The notes beneath the pieces are model-generated. The model was not told where the DNA came from and made no database searches. It worked only from the letters and a program-made list of their open reading frames with translations. From Terriglobia bacterium (GTDB lineage Bacteria > Acidobacteriota > Terriglobia > Bryobacterales > Bryobacteraceae): a stretch of 64,000 nucleotides of DNA. Made by a program: the position numbers and the translations under genes. The stretch lies in assembly GCA_963696335.1 (NCBI GenBank), contig CAVOJS010000005.1:39910-103909 (forward strand), in the 5' to 3' direction. Below, piece after piece: positions 44,870-54,275 of the stretch (positions are counted from its first letter, which is position 1; each line of letters opens with the position of its first letter).

Positions 44870-45904
44870 TTAGGCCAACGCCCGCCGGCAGAACTGCACA
44901 GCCTTACTCACCTCGCCCACCGGATCGAGCGTTCCGGCATGCTCATACTCGATGAACGCCGGAATCGGATATTTTTCCTTCTTCAGCAACTGCAGGACTT
45001 CCCGGATCGGCGTGTCTCCTTCGCCCCAGGGAACACTGGCGCCATCCTCTTCGGTCTTCGACTGATTCCTCTTCCGATCCTTCAAATGCAAATTCGAGAT
45101 GCGCTCGTGAAAGGATTTGATGAACTCGACCGGGTTCTCGCCGGTCGCCGCATAGTGCCCAATGTCCAGATTCGCGCCCACCCATCGGGAGAGCGCGAAG
45201 GCCTTCTCGAACGTGGCGCGCGTCGAGAAATGCTCGGGATCCCACGTCGCGCTGTGCCCGTGCGGAGCGATCATCATCCGGTTTTTCTCCGCGAACGGCA
45301 CCAGCCGCTTCAGCATCGTCATCGTGGTCGAAACGTTCACGGACTTGCATCCGAGCGCGGTGGCGAATTGAAAGGTGCGATCGATCTCCCGGTCGGACCA
45401 CTCGGGACCGGCCATCGGATTGTAAGCGTAGACCCTGATTCCCGCCGCGTCGAATCTTTTGCGGATAGCCGTGAAGGCATCGAGCGAAACGGTCTCGCGC
45501 CAGTGTTTTTCGGCCGCGCGGGCCGTTTCCAGGGCCTTCCCATCCAGCCGCTTGAATTCCCACGCCCAGGGATTGCGGGCGCTGCCGCCCTTCGCCGCCG
45601 AGCAACCCAGGAACGGTTGCGGGCAATCCGCCGGCGCGGGCACTTTCCCCGTCATCGTTCCCGGCTCGATCTGCGGCGCGAAGAGTTCGCACTCGTCCAG
45701 GCCGCAAGCCTGCATCTTCTGGATGATCTGGCTGGTATGATCCTGCCCGTCATTCAGAATGTCGTGAAAGCTGTACGTTTGAACGCCGAGTTGCACGCCG
45801 GCGACGGTGGAGTTCGCGCTCGCTCCCGCCGCATGCAGCCTCCACGCGGAGAGCGGAAAGCTCGCGGCGGCAACCGTGGCGAACTTTCTTCTCGTAAGGA
45901 TCAC
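44870..45904 (-). CDS. Tat-signal xylose-isomerase-like TIM-barrel protein
   Basis: The Tat motif is ILTRRKFAT. The conserved block is LHLKDRKRNQSKTEEDGASVPWGEGDTPIREVLQLLKKEKYPIPAFIEYEH. The start is GTG 45904. Confidence 0.9.
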   Translation of the reverse strand: MILTRRKFATVAAASFPLSAWRLHAAGASANSTVAGVQLGVQTYSFHDILNDGQDHTSQIIQKMQACGLDECELFAPQIEPGTMTGKVPAPADCPQPFLGCSAAKGGSARNPWAWEFKRLDGKALETARAAEKHWRETVSLDAFTAIRKRFDAAGIRVYAYNPMAGPEWSDREIDRTFQFATALGCKSVNVSTTMTMLKRLVPFAEKNRMMIAPHGHSATWDPEHFSTRATFEKAFALSRWVGANLDIGHYAATGENPVEFIKSFHERISNLHLKDRKRNQSKTEEDGASVPWGEGDTPIREVLQLLKKEKYPIPAFIEYEHAGTLDPVGEVSKAVQFCRRALA

Positions 45905-46032
45905 GGCCGCCCCCGCTGGTTCCGCGAACCGGCCGGGTCCGGGCGGGAGGTGACAGGAAGCTCCGCGAATCGATCTGGCGTTTCCGATTTCATCGTCTTC
46001 CTGCCTCCCCGTCGTGTCCAGTCGCTGCGGCC

Positions 46033-49000
46033 TTAGAACAACAACTTCAGCGCGAACTGGATGTCGCGCGGCGTATAGAACGCGTTCATCGTCGTGATTT
46101 TGCCGAAGTTGCCGGCATTGGTCGGCACACCCGCGCTGGTGAAACCGCTGATCGTCGTGCCCGGCATCCCGAACGACGGCGTGTTGGCCACGTTGAAGCC
46201 TTCGGCGCGGAACTGCAGCGTCCAGCCTTCTCTCACGCGGAAATCCTTAAAGACCGATAAGTCGATCCGCATATTGTGCGGCATGGTGAAGTCGTTGTGA
46301 CCTTCGTTACCCGCCGTGCCGAACGGCTGTTTGGCGAACTGCGTGATGTCAAACCACTCGTTGATACTTTGCGAATAGCCCTGTCCGGCGACGACGTTCG
46401 GGCGATCCGAGGTCACGCCGAAGGAGTTCTGCTGAGCGCTCCCGTCGAGCACGGTGAACGGCTGCCCCGTTCCGAACGAGTAAATCCCGTTGAGCTGCCA
46501 GCCCTTGCCGAGCACTCCCGCCGCGCCTTTCCAGGTCTTACCGAAGGGCAATTCGTAATTGCTGGCGAGCGTATAGCGGAACTTTGCCATGTAATCGCTT
46601 GGACCGTAGTCGCGCGCCAGATTATTCCACACCTGGCCACAGCCGGTGCAGGCGCCGCCTGTGCTGCCCACGTCGGAAAGATCGCTGGCCCACGTGAAGC
46701 TGGAGTCGACGGTCAACCCCTTCGAGAGACGGCGGCGGAAGATCACTTGCATTGCCGTGTAATTGGCAACACCATTCGTCTCCAAAAGCTGGATGGTGCC
46801 GACCAGCGGCAGCGTGCTGGCAAAGGGCAGACACGGGCTGCCGAAGCCCACGGTTGTCGTGACACCGCAGCCGCCGGGACCGAGCGGAGGAAGATTCGTC
46901 GCGATGTTCGGAATCACGCGGCCCAGGTTGCGCACGGGTTCGGCCACGAATCCCACGCTCAAAACGTTGCCCCAGAATTCCTTCTCCAGGGTGAGGTTGG
47001 TCATGTAAACGGTGGTGTTGTGGTACGGGATCTGGGTCCCGGAACCCACCGAAAAACCGCTCGGCGTGTAGCCCGGCGAACCCGTGGACGCTCCGCAAGC
47101 CGCTACCAGGCAGATCGAGTTTGCGACCACCGCGGGCGTAGCCTGGCTGACCGTCTGACTCGGCGTGGCGGTCTGATTGATCGTGTAATTGGACACCAGC
47201 GGCGCGTTCTTCAAGTTGGCCGGCGAAGCCACGTTATTCGGCCAATAGGACATGCCGAATCCCCCCCGGAGCACCAGGCCGTGCCCCAGCGTCGCGGCGA
47301 AGCCCAGGCGCGGCTGCACGTCGCCCCACTGCGTCCCGATATTGACCGAATCGCTGACACCCGCCGCTCCCGCAACCTGAAGCATGCCCGCGGCGAGAAT
47401 GGCCGGGTTGGTGGGATCGAAGTTGGAGAGCGCGTCATGCTTCGCGGTGATGGGCGTGTAGATGTCCCAGCGTAAACCGGCGTTGACGGTCAGCCAGCGC
47501 GTGGCGCGCCAGTTGTCCTGGATGTAATCGCCGATTTCCCAATCCCGGTATTGCGGCGCCGCGAGCGACATGTTGCGCACGGAACTCGCGTAATACCCCG
47601 TCAAGAGAGAAGCCAGCGAGTTGCCGCCGCTGCCCGAGGAGGAACCAGTCGTGCTGGTCTGGGCGGAATTGATATTGAACTCCTGCTTGAACAGAATCTG
47701 GTACGTGCTCCAATCGCGCCGCAGCAGGCTCGCGCCGAATTTGATCGTATGCGCGCCTTTCGTCCAGGTGAGCGATCCGCCGTATTGGTAGTTGGTATCC
47801 CAATACGCCGTGGGCAGCGCGAAACCATCCCCCAGGTCGGCGTAGCCGCCGTTCTGGAAATTGAGGAGCGCCAGGCCGCCGGTGGCCGGGATGCTAGGAG
47901 TATTGACGTTGGCCGGTCCGCCGAATGCCGTATTCCCGTTCACGCCCTGATTGGCGCTTGAGGAGATGGTCACGTAGCGGGCGAGCTGCGCGTTGAGCTG
48001 CAGCACCATGGTCGGCGAGAAAATGTGGACGTCACTGAAGGACAACGCCTGCTGCCGCTGGTATGCCGACCCCGGGAAGGCGTTGGTGTTCAGCGAACTG
48101 GGCTGCGGAATGGTCACGCCGGCGACCGTAGCCGTGGGGAGATAACCCGGCGAGAAGGTATCCGTGTTGTTGACCGAATAACGCGCGAAGAAGTTGTCTG
48201 TATCGGAGAAGTGCTGGTCGATGCGGGCGTCGCCAATGTGCGCGTATTGCGTCTGGTTCGGGCTCGAGACAAACAAGCACGTCGGCGAGCCGCAATTCAG
48301 CGTCGGGTACAGGGCCGCGTAGTTGGCGGCCACGGAATTGATGCTCGACAGGGGAATGACGTTGTTGGCGTACTGCACATGGCTGACGGGGTCGTAGATC
48401 GGCGCGCTTTGGTCGGAGAAATTCCCAAGCTGCTGCACGCCGTTGCACGCGATGCGGCCGAGTTCGCATGCCGAGGGAATCGTCGCCTGGAAGGTATTGC
48501 CCTGGATCTTACGGAAGCCTTCGTAGTCGGCGAAGAAGAAAGTCTTGTCCTTCTTAATGGCGCCGCCGACGGAGCCGCCGAACTGATTCTGGCGATACTC
48601 GGGCCGCACACCGGCGAGCGGATTGCCGGCTTGCGGGACGTTGAAGAAGTTCTTCGCGTCGGTCGCGTCGTTGCGAAGAAACTCGAAAAGCGAGCCATGG
48701 AGATTGTTCGTACCGGACTTGGTGATTACGTTGATCACCGCGCCGCCCGCGCGGCCTTCCTCGGCCGGATACATGTTCGTGTCGACCTTTACTTCTTGTT
48801 GCCCGTCGATCGAGGGCTTCACGATGATCGTCGCGATCGCGCGCTCGTTGTTATCCATGCCGTCGAGCAGGAAGTTGTTTGCCGAATCGTTCTGGCCGTT
48901 GGCCGAGACCGCCGAGCTCTGGCGGCGATCGTCGGGACGCGTGCCGCTGCCTAGCGAGCTCTGCACGGATTCCGTCGCGCCCGGAGCGAGTTGCACCAGG

Positions 49001-49476
49001 CGGATAAAGTTTCGCCCGTTCACCGGCAGGTCCTGCACGGCCTGGCTGGTGACCAGCCCGCCGACCGTGGAGCTATCGGTTTGCAGAGCTACGGTCTGCT
49101 CGGCTACTTCGACCGTTTGCGTTAGTTCGCCGACTTGCAACTGCGCGTCCACGCGGTTGCGGTCGCCGGTTGCGAGCGTCACCTGCTCCTGCTTATAAGC
49201 CTTGAACCCCTGGGCCTCCACGGTGACGGTGTAGGTGCCCACGGGCAAAAGCGCGAACGAGTACTCGCCCGCCGAAGTCGTCTGCTGAGTACGCGTGAGG
49301 TTGGTGCCCAAATTCTTCGCGGTGACCTTAGCGTTGGCGACTACCGCTCCGGAATTATCGGTGATCGTACCGACGATGTCGGCCGTGCCTTGAGCGAAGA
49401 GCGCCGCGCCGCCCGCGGCCATGCACCAAGCCAGAATAAGACTCCTTAACAATGACCGCTTCATGGACCCCTTCAT
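46033..49476 (-). CDS. TonB-dependent-receptor-like outer-membrane protein with carboxypeptidase-regulatory-like N-terminal domain
   Basis: The likely start is ATG 49476 (MKGSMKRSLLRSLILAWCMAAGGAALFAQ). It carries the motif LPVNGRNFIRL and the C-terminal sequence FALKLLF. Confidence 0.9.
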   Translation of the reverse strand: MKGSMKRSLLRSLILAWCMAAGGAALFAQGTADIVGTITDNSGAVVANAKVTAKNLGTNLTRTQQTTSAGEYSFALLPVGTYTVTVEAQGFKAYKQEQVTLATGDRNRVDAQLQVGELTQTVEVAEQTVALQTDSSTVGGLVTSQAVQDLPVNGRNFIRLVQLAPGATESVQSSLGSGTRPDDRRQSSAVSANGQNDSANNFLLDGMDNNERAIATIIVKPSIDGQQEVKVDTNMYPAEEGRAGGAVINVITKSGTNNLHGSLFEFLRNDATDAKNFFNVPQAGNPLAGVRPEYRQNQFGGSVGGAIKKDKTFFFADYEGFRKIQGNTFQATIPSACELGRIACNGVQQLGNFSDQSAPIYDPVSHVQYANNVIPLSSINSVAANYAALYPTLNCGSPTCLFVSSPNQTQYAHIGDARIDQHFSDTDNFFARYSVNNTDTFSPGYLPTATVAGVTIPQPSSLNTNAFPGSAYQRQQALSFSDVHIFSPTMVLQLNAQLARYVTISSSANQGVNGNTAFGGPANVNTPSIPATGGLALLNFQNGGYADLGDGFALPTAYWDTNYQYGGSLTWTKGAHTIKFGASLLRRDWSTYQILFKQEFNINSAQTSTTGSSSGSGGNSLASLLTGYYASSVRNMSLAAPQYRDWEIGDYIQDNWRATRWLTVNAGLRWDIYTPITAKHDALSNFDPTNPAILAAGMLQVAGAAGVSDSVNIGTQWGDVQPRLGFAATLGHGLVLRGGFGMSYWPNNVASPANLKNAPLVSNYTINQTATPSQTVSQATPAVVANSICLVAACGASTGSPGYTPSGFSVGSGTQIPYHNTTVYMTNLTLEKEFWGNVLSVGFVAEPVRNLGRVIPNIATNLPPLGPGGCGVTTTVGFGSPCLPFASTLPLVGTIQLLETNGVANYTAMQVIFRRRLSKGLTVDSSFTWASDLSDVGSTGGACTGCGQVWNNLARDYGPSDYMAKFRYTLASNYELPFGKTWKGAAGVLGKGWQLNGIYSFGTGQPFTVLDGSAQQNSFGVTSDRPNVVAGQGYSQSINEWFDITQFAKQPFGTAGNEGHNDFTMPHNMRIDLSVFKDFRVREGWTLQFRAEGFNVANTPSFGMPGTTISGFTSAGVPTNAGNFGKITTMNAFYTPRDIQFALKLLF

Positions 49477-49759
49477 GTGTATTGCCCCCAATCGGTTTAC
49501 GAACAGTGATTCGACACGGCATCCCGGACATGGGCTGCTGCGTGGTAGCACCATGACTTTGTTCCGCGGGAGGCCGGACGGCGCTCCCAAAAACGCGACT
49601 TCCCAAAGCTATACCCGTTTGGCGGGTTTACAAGCTCGGAACGGTTTCATTACAGAGAACGAAGGGGATCTTTCCTGTTTTGATGAAGTTGGCCACTCTC
49701 GCGCGGACGTATCACCGCGTAATAATACGGTTATCTGAAGATTCCTTGGAACGAACTGT

Positions 49760-50806
49760 CTACCAGAAACGGGTGGCCAGCACGTGCGGAGGACCCGCGA
49801 CGCGGCCGACGACGCTCGCTGAGATCAAAATTTCCATGTTCTTGTGATCCCAGCCCGGCGGAGCTGCGGCGGCGAAATCCGTCATGCACTTCTCGCAGGT
49901 TAGAAAGTCGCCGGCGGCCTCGGTGCCGAACATTGCGAGCCCGGCCGCGGTCACCACGATTTTTCCCGTGGACGGGTCCACCAGGCGCGACACAATCGCG
50001 TAGTCCAGCTTGACATCCGCGTAGGGTGCGCTCATCACGTGCATCCACCGGCGATGACCCGGATCCTGCGTATCCTCAATCCAGCTCTGGTGCGAATCCT
50101 GGTTGTGATCGAACCGGAAGCGCAGTTGCCGCGTAAGCTGGAGCACCCAGGAATTGTTGAATGCCCCGATCAGCACGGCCGACCCGTCGCGGAGATCCTC
50201 CACTTGCGCCATGGGCTGAAGCCGCAGCCGATAGGACTGATGACGACCCGTCATCAGCGCAACCAGGCGGGCCATTGCCGTTGCATCCTCGAAGGCAACC
50301 TGCTCCGATTGATGAAGATCCGAGAGCGTGTTCACCGGCGCGACGGGGACGTCCTGACCGATATAGATGGTGACTGTCCCGCCGGAGCCGATGACCGGCG
50401 CCCAAAACCGATCGAGCGCGCTCGACGGCGCCCACCATCGCCCCACCAGAAATGTGACCACGACGAGCGCCGCGATCCCCCCGGCGATTGCATACGGATT
50501 GCGCCGCGTCACCGGCTTCGCCGCGGCCGGCTCGGGCAGAGGACTCACCACCGCGGGTTGAGCCGGCATCCGGAACTCCGGCATGTATGTGCCGGGAGGG
50601 AAATCGATCCGGATCTCGGCCTCGTGGCCGGGCTCGTGGTAATACTGCGCGATGCGCTTGCGAATCTCGACCGCTGTCGTGCGAACCACCGGATCAAGAT
50701 TGGTGTCGTAGTCGGGCTCGCGTCCGAAAACCTCGATGCCGAGCGTGCGTTCCTTCAACGGCTCGGTATGACCTTTCAGCGCGCGTTCCACCACAAAGCC
50801 CAACAA
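49760..50806 (-). CDS. Single-pass membrane protein with an N-terminal cytoplasmic helical module and a periplasmic C-terminal domain. The start codon is unresolved.
   Basis: It carries LGFVVERALKGHTEPLKERTLGIEVFGREPDYD...VRTTAVEIRKRIAQYY, then the TM segment AIAGGIAALVVVTFLVG. Homologous-looking coding sequence continues in frame upstream to 50974 without an ATG, GTG or TTG codon. Confidence 0.7.
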   Translation of the reverse strand: MLGFVVERALKGHTEPLKERTLGIEVFGREPDYDTNLDPVVRTTAVEIRKRIAQYYHEPGHEAEIRIDFPPGTYMPEFRMPAQPAVVSPLPEPAAAKPVTRRNPYAIAGGIAALVVVTFLVGRWWAPSSALDRFWAPVIGSGGTVTIYIGQDVPVAPVNTLSDLHQSEQVAFEDATAMARLVALMTGRHQSYRLRLQPMAQVEDLRDGSAVLIGAFNNSWVLQLTRQLRFRFDHNQDSHQSWIEDTQDPGHRRWMHVMSAPYADVKLDYAIVSRLVDPSTGKIVVTAAGLAMFGTEAAGDFLTCEKCMTDFAAAAPPGWDHKNMEILISASVVGRVAGPPHVLATRFW

Positions 50807-51007
50807 CGTCGGATAGCGTTTGCTGTTCTTAAACAGCGGACTCGTTAGGATGCGGTCCAGTTGCTCTCGGATGGCGCTGCGTTCGGCGTCTGTTTCGGGA
50901 ACCCAAGCATGAGAGCTATGAGACGGTTTCTCGAGCGGCGGAACCTGCGTACAACACCCCCGCCGGGGATTATATCACTCTGGCCGGAACTGCATCGTTC
51001 AGAAAGA

Positions 51008-52429
51008 TCAGGAAATTTTGGTGGCTTTATAGCCGCCTTTGGATCGGTCATAGAACCAGATCCCGGCAAAGACGAACAGCAGTACGGCGGGCACAGCCGC
51101 CACATCGCGGAACGACGTCTGCGCGGCAATTCCCAGAACACGATCCAGCTCGGGGCCGGGCTCGAGAGCTTTAAATGCGGCATCGCCGCCCGCTGCCTGA
51201 ACTTTCGTGGTGTCGTAGATGCTGCCCATGATCGGAAGAACAAACTGGATGGAGAGAGTTCCGGCCGTACCCATGAGCCCCATCAACAAAGCGCCGCCGC
51301 GCGGAAATCGCTCGGACGCAGCCGCGAGCATGGTCGGCCACATGTAACAGCATCCGGTGCCCCAGATCGTCGCCGCGACCAGAGCCGTCACGGGAGAATT
51401 GGCAACGCTCAACGCGTACAATCCGATCCCCGCGCCCAGGCACGAAAACCATAAAACCCCGACCGGAGACAGCTTGTGGACCAACGGCCCCGCAAAATGC
51501 CGCATCAAAAACATCAGGCCGCTCACGTAAACCAGCAGCAGGATGCCCGGCATGTGAACCGTCCGGCTCAACGCGAAATCCACCCACTGTCCCGGCGCCA
51601 GTTCCGATGCCGCGGTCAGGAACATGCAGGCGAACAGCACGAAGAAGAGCGGATTGAGCAGCTCCTTAAACATGTCCTTCGCCGAGATACCGGCCGCAAC
51701 GCGTTCCGTCGGCGGAAACTTCAGTCCCGCGCAGAGCACCAGCAGCATGACCGCGGGAACCATCACCACGGCCAGCTTCCACTGCCAGCCGATATCGACC
51801 TTCGACATCCCCACGCCGAGCAATCCCCCGATGACCAGCCCTCCCGGCCACCACGCATGGACTGCGTTCAATTTGCTGGTCTTATCGTCCGGATAGAGCG
51901 AGGCGATCATGGGATTCGTAACCGTTTCCACCAGTCCCCAGCCGATTCCCGTCACCAGGGCGCCGATCCATAACACGTCGTAGATCCCCGCGCCCGACGC
52001 GAGCGACCCGGCGAAGATCATGATCAATGCGCCGATCGAAAATAATACCCCCGAGAGCGGCAGCAGCAAACCCATCCCGATGTAGTCGAGCAGAGGACTC
52101 CCGATCGCGATCGTGACCGCATATCCGAGGAACGGCAGCCCGAGAATCGCGCCGATCATCTCGGCGGATTTGGCCTTGTCGATTGGATCTAAGAAGATGC
52201 GCTGCAGATCCGTCGCGGTGTTGGCGCGAAGCGAGGCAGCGATACCCGACATGGCCAGCGCGAGACTCCCCGCCGCGAACAAACGCGCCTTATGATAGAC
52301 AACCGCGCTCCCGGAGGGCGACGACTTTGTCGTTGATGGCGTTGCCGGTGATGGGGGCGTCGTGGATGAAGCGCTCATTTGAACCTCGGCGAGCGGTTTC
52401 CCCATCGGAGCGGAAACCTGCTCATGCAT
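51008..52429 (-). CDS. MFS transporter (sugar-type suspected)
   Basis: About 12 hydrophobic segments are visible. There is a Ser/Thr/Pro-rich N-terminus. Alternative Met starts are at 52405 and 52378. Confidence 0.8.
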   Translation of the reverse strand: MHEQVSAPMGKPLAEVQMSASSTTPPSPATPSTTKSSPSGSAVVYHKARLFAAGSLALAMSGIAASLRANTATDLQRIFLDPIDKAKSAEMIGAILGLPFLGYAVTIAIGSPLLDYIGMGLLLPLSGVLFSIGALIMIFAGSLASGAGIYDVLWIGALVTGIGWGLVETVTNPMIASLYPDDKTSKLNAVHAWWPGGLVIGGLLGVGMSKVDIGWQWKLAVVMVPAVMLLVLCAGLKFPPTERVAAGISAKDMFKELLNPLFFVLFACMFLTAASELAPGQWVDFALSRTVHMPGILLLVYVSGLMFLMRHFAGPLVHKLSPVGVLWFSCLGAGIGLYALSVANSPVTALVAATIWGTGCCYMWPTMLAAASERFPRGGALLMGLMGTAGTLSIQFVLPIMGSIYDTTKVQAAGGDAAFKALEPGPELDRVLGIAAQTSFRDVAAVPAVLLFVFAGIWFYDRSKGGYKATKIS

Positions 52430-52551
52430 ACTACCTTAATCGCGCGTCCAACAACACGTTTGGCACGTAGCGCAGAACCTTGTTACGCCCCGCTACGGTC
52501 GGATAAGTCCTTCTGCGGTAGAGGTTTCCTGGCTGGCTTCGAGCGATTATG

Positions 52552-53490
52552 CTACGACTCGAGAATATTCTTCAAATACTCGAGTTGGCCCTTCGTCTCA
52601 TCCGCTGGCTTGCCGGGTCCACGGAATTCGCGCTCGATGATCCCGTAGATCGGCCACTTATTGTCGCGAATCATCGTGAGGCATTCGCGGATCGGCGTGT
52701 CGCCGGTGCCGAGAGCGACGTTCGGTCCGTTATCGCGCTTCCGATCCTTTATATGGATATGCGTGATCCGGTCGTGGTGTTTGCGAAGGAAATCGGCGGC
52801 ATCGTTGTTGCCCGCGGTAAAGTGGCCAATGTCCAGATTAATCGCGAAGAGCTTGGACATGGCCAGCAGTTTTTCGAGGCTGGCGACGCTCGCCACTTCG
52901 TTCGGATCATTCACCATGGCGTGCGGATGCCACGCGGGCCGGATCTTGTATTTTTCGGCAAATGGAATGAGCCGCGGCGCGACGTCCACGCGGCTTTGAT
53001 TGGTGCAGAAGAAGCCGACCTTCAGAGCCTGCATCTGCTTGAACACCGCGTCGATCTCCTCGTCCGTGAAATCCAGGTCGAAGGTCATGACGTAGGAGAT
53101 CAGACTGATCCCGGCAGCGTCGAATTTTTTGCGGATGGTACGGAAAGTGTCGATCGGCGTCTTCAAGCGCCATTCGCGCACCGCCGCTCGGGATTTCTCG
53201 TATTCGGGCGTCATCGGCGAGGGAGGATGGCCGAAGCCCACCGCGCCCACCAGACGCGGCTCCAGCAGGTTCACCAGCTCGACGTTGGCCGCGCCGATAT
53301 ACGTGCACTCCTCGATGATCGTATCGATCGGGTCCTTGCCTTCGGGCAGCGGGTTGAGTGACCCGGTGATCAGGCCGAGCTTAACGCCGCGAACCGTGGA
53401 GTCGAGCTTCGCGCTCCAGGCCCTCGGTGCGGCGGCCGCGAGCGCGGCGGCCGAGAAGATCCGCTTTCCAAATTCACGTCGTGATTGCAT
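52552..53490 (-). CDS. Tat-signal xylose-isomerase-like TIM-barrel protein
   Basis: The Tat motif is MQSRREFGK. The conserved block is IHIKDRKRDNGPNVALGTGDTPIRECLTMIRDNKWPIYGIIEREF. Confidence 0.9.
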   Translation of the reverse strand: MQSRREFGKRIFSAAALAAAAPRAWSAKLDSTVRGVKLGLITGSLNPLPEGKDPIDTIIEECTYIGAANVELVNLLEPRLVGAVGFGHPPSPMTPEYEKSRAAVREWRLKTPIDTFRTIRKKFDAAGISLISYVMTFDLDFTDEEIDAVFKQMQALKVGFFCTNQSRVDVAPRLIPFAEKYKIRPAWHPHAMVNDPNEVASVASLEKLLAMSKLFAINLDIGHFTAGNNDAADFLRKHHDRITHIHIKDRKRDNGPNVALGTGDTPIRECLTMIRDNKWPIYGIIEREFRGPGKPADETKGQLEYLKNILES

Positions 53491-53522
53491 GGTGTTCTCT
53501 CTTTCTCAATTCCGTTCAAAAA

Positions 53523-54266
53523 CTATCTGGCCGTGGCGGCCGGCGATCCGGTCAAAAAAGCGGTGCGGTCATCGTCGAACGGGTCGCAGGCAATCGGCTG
53601 GCGAGCTTCATAATCCCGGGCCGCTCTCTGGTATCGATACTCGTAGGTTTGTGGAACACGGAATACCTTGGGATCGGTCCAGGTGGAGACGATCGACAGC
53701 ATGCTGCCGTTCTTCAAGAGCTTGAACCGTTCGACCAGATGGGCGTCGGCACTGCGGAAGCCTCCGCCCGGAATCGCCGTCATGCCGTGTTCCGGCTCGA
53801 AGCCCACCGTATCGACCACCAAAGTGTCGCCCTCCCAATTCCCGATCGAATCCCCGTTCGTGGACGGATCGAAAATGTCCTTGGAGATGTGCTGCGGGCG
53901 ATCGAGATAAATGTGCCTCGGTACCGTCACCACCGATTCGGCCGCGACAACGACTTCATGCTTGCCCTGGCGGATATCCAACGGCCGGGAAACGCCCATA
54001 AGGAACGGCAAACCGAGAATGTTGCACCAGCGGATGGCCTTCCGGTCCTTCTGCTGCTGGGCGTCCAGATCGGATTTTGTTACGCTGTCGGCTAGCTGTG
54101 CGGGCGGAACGTGTCTGCCGTCGAAGGATAACTCCCAGAATCCGGAAACATCGTGCGGATCGAAGCCCGCGGCGCGCGGCGGCCCGCCAGTTTGTGCGGA
54201 TGCCGTGAACGAAAGCACCAGGAGGGGGGTCGCGATAGCCCAAAAACCACGGGAATTGGGATGCAT
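53523..54266 (-). CDS. Secreted protein of the SGxW family, subtype C1
   Basis: Motifs are DVSGFWEL, GDSIGNWEGDTLVVDTVGF and IPGGGFR, with a Cys pair (RWCNILG ... IACDPFDD). YLDRPQH replaces DGRxHP. The gene starts 9 nt after the upstream stop. Confidence 0.8.
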   Translation of the reverse strand: MHPNSRGFWAIATPLLVLSFTASAQTGGPPRAAGFDPHDVSGFWELSFDGRHVPPAQLADSVTKSDLDAQQQKDRKAIRWCNILGLPFLMGVSRPLDIRQGKHEVVVAAESVVTVPRHIYLDRPQHISKDIFDPSTNGDSIGNWEGDTLVVDTVGFEPEHGMTAIPGGGFRSADAHLVERFKLLKNGSMLSIVSTWTDPKVFRVPQTYEYRYQRAARDYEARQPIACDPFDDDRTAFLTGSPAATAR

Positions 54267-54275
54267 ATATTATGT

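Noticed and set aside
27563-53490. The idea that the SGxW family is the DUF1080 / 3-keto-disaccharide-hydrolase-like lectin-fold family. That family occupies similar Gfo/Idh/MocA + TIM barrel + cytochrome neighbourhoods in Planctomycetota and Verrucomicrobiota.
   Set aside because: From memory, the motifs seen here (DxSGxW, DGRxHP, GHWEGDTLVVDT, IPGGGxR) do not match DUF1080 signatures. The contextual analogy is kept only as a hypothesis to test with profile searches.
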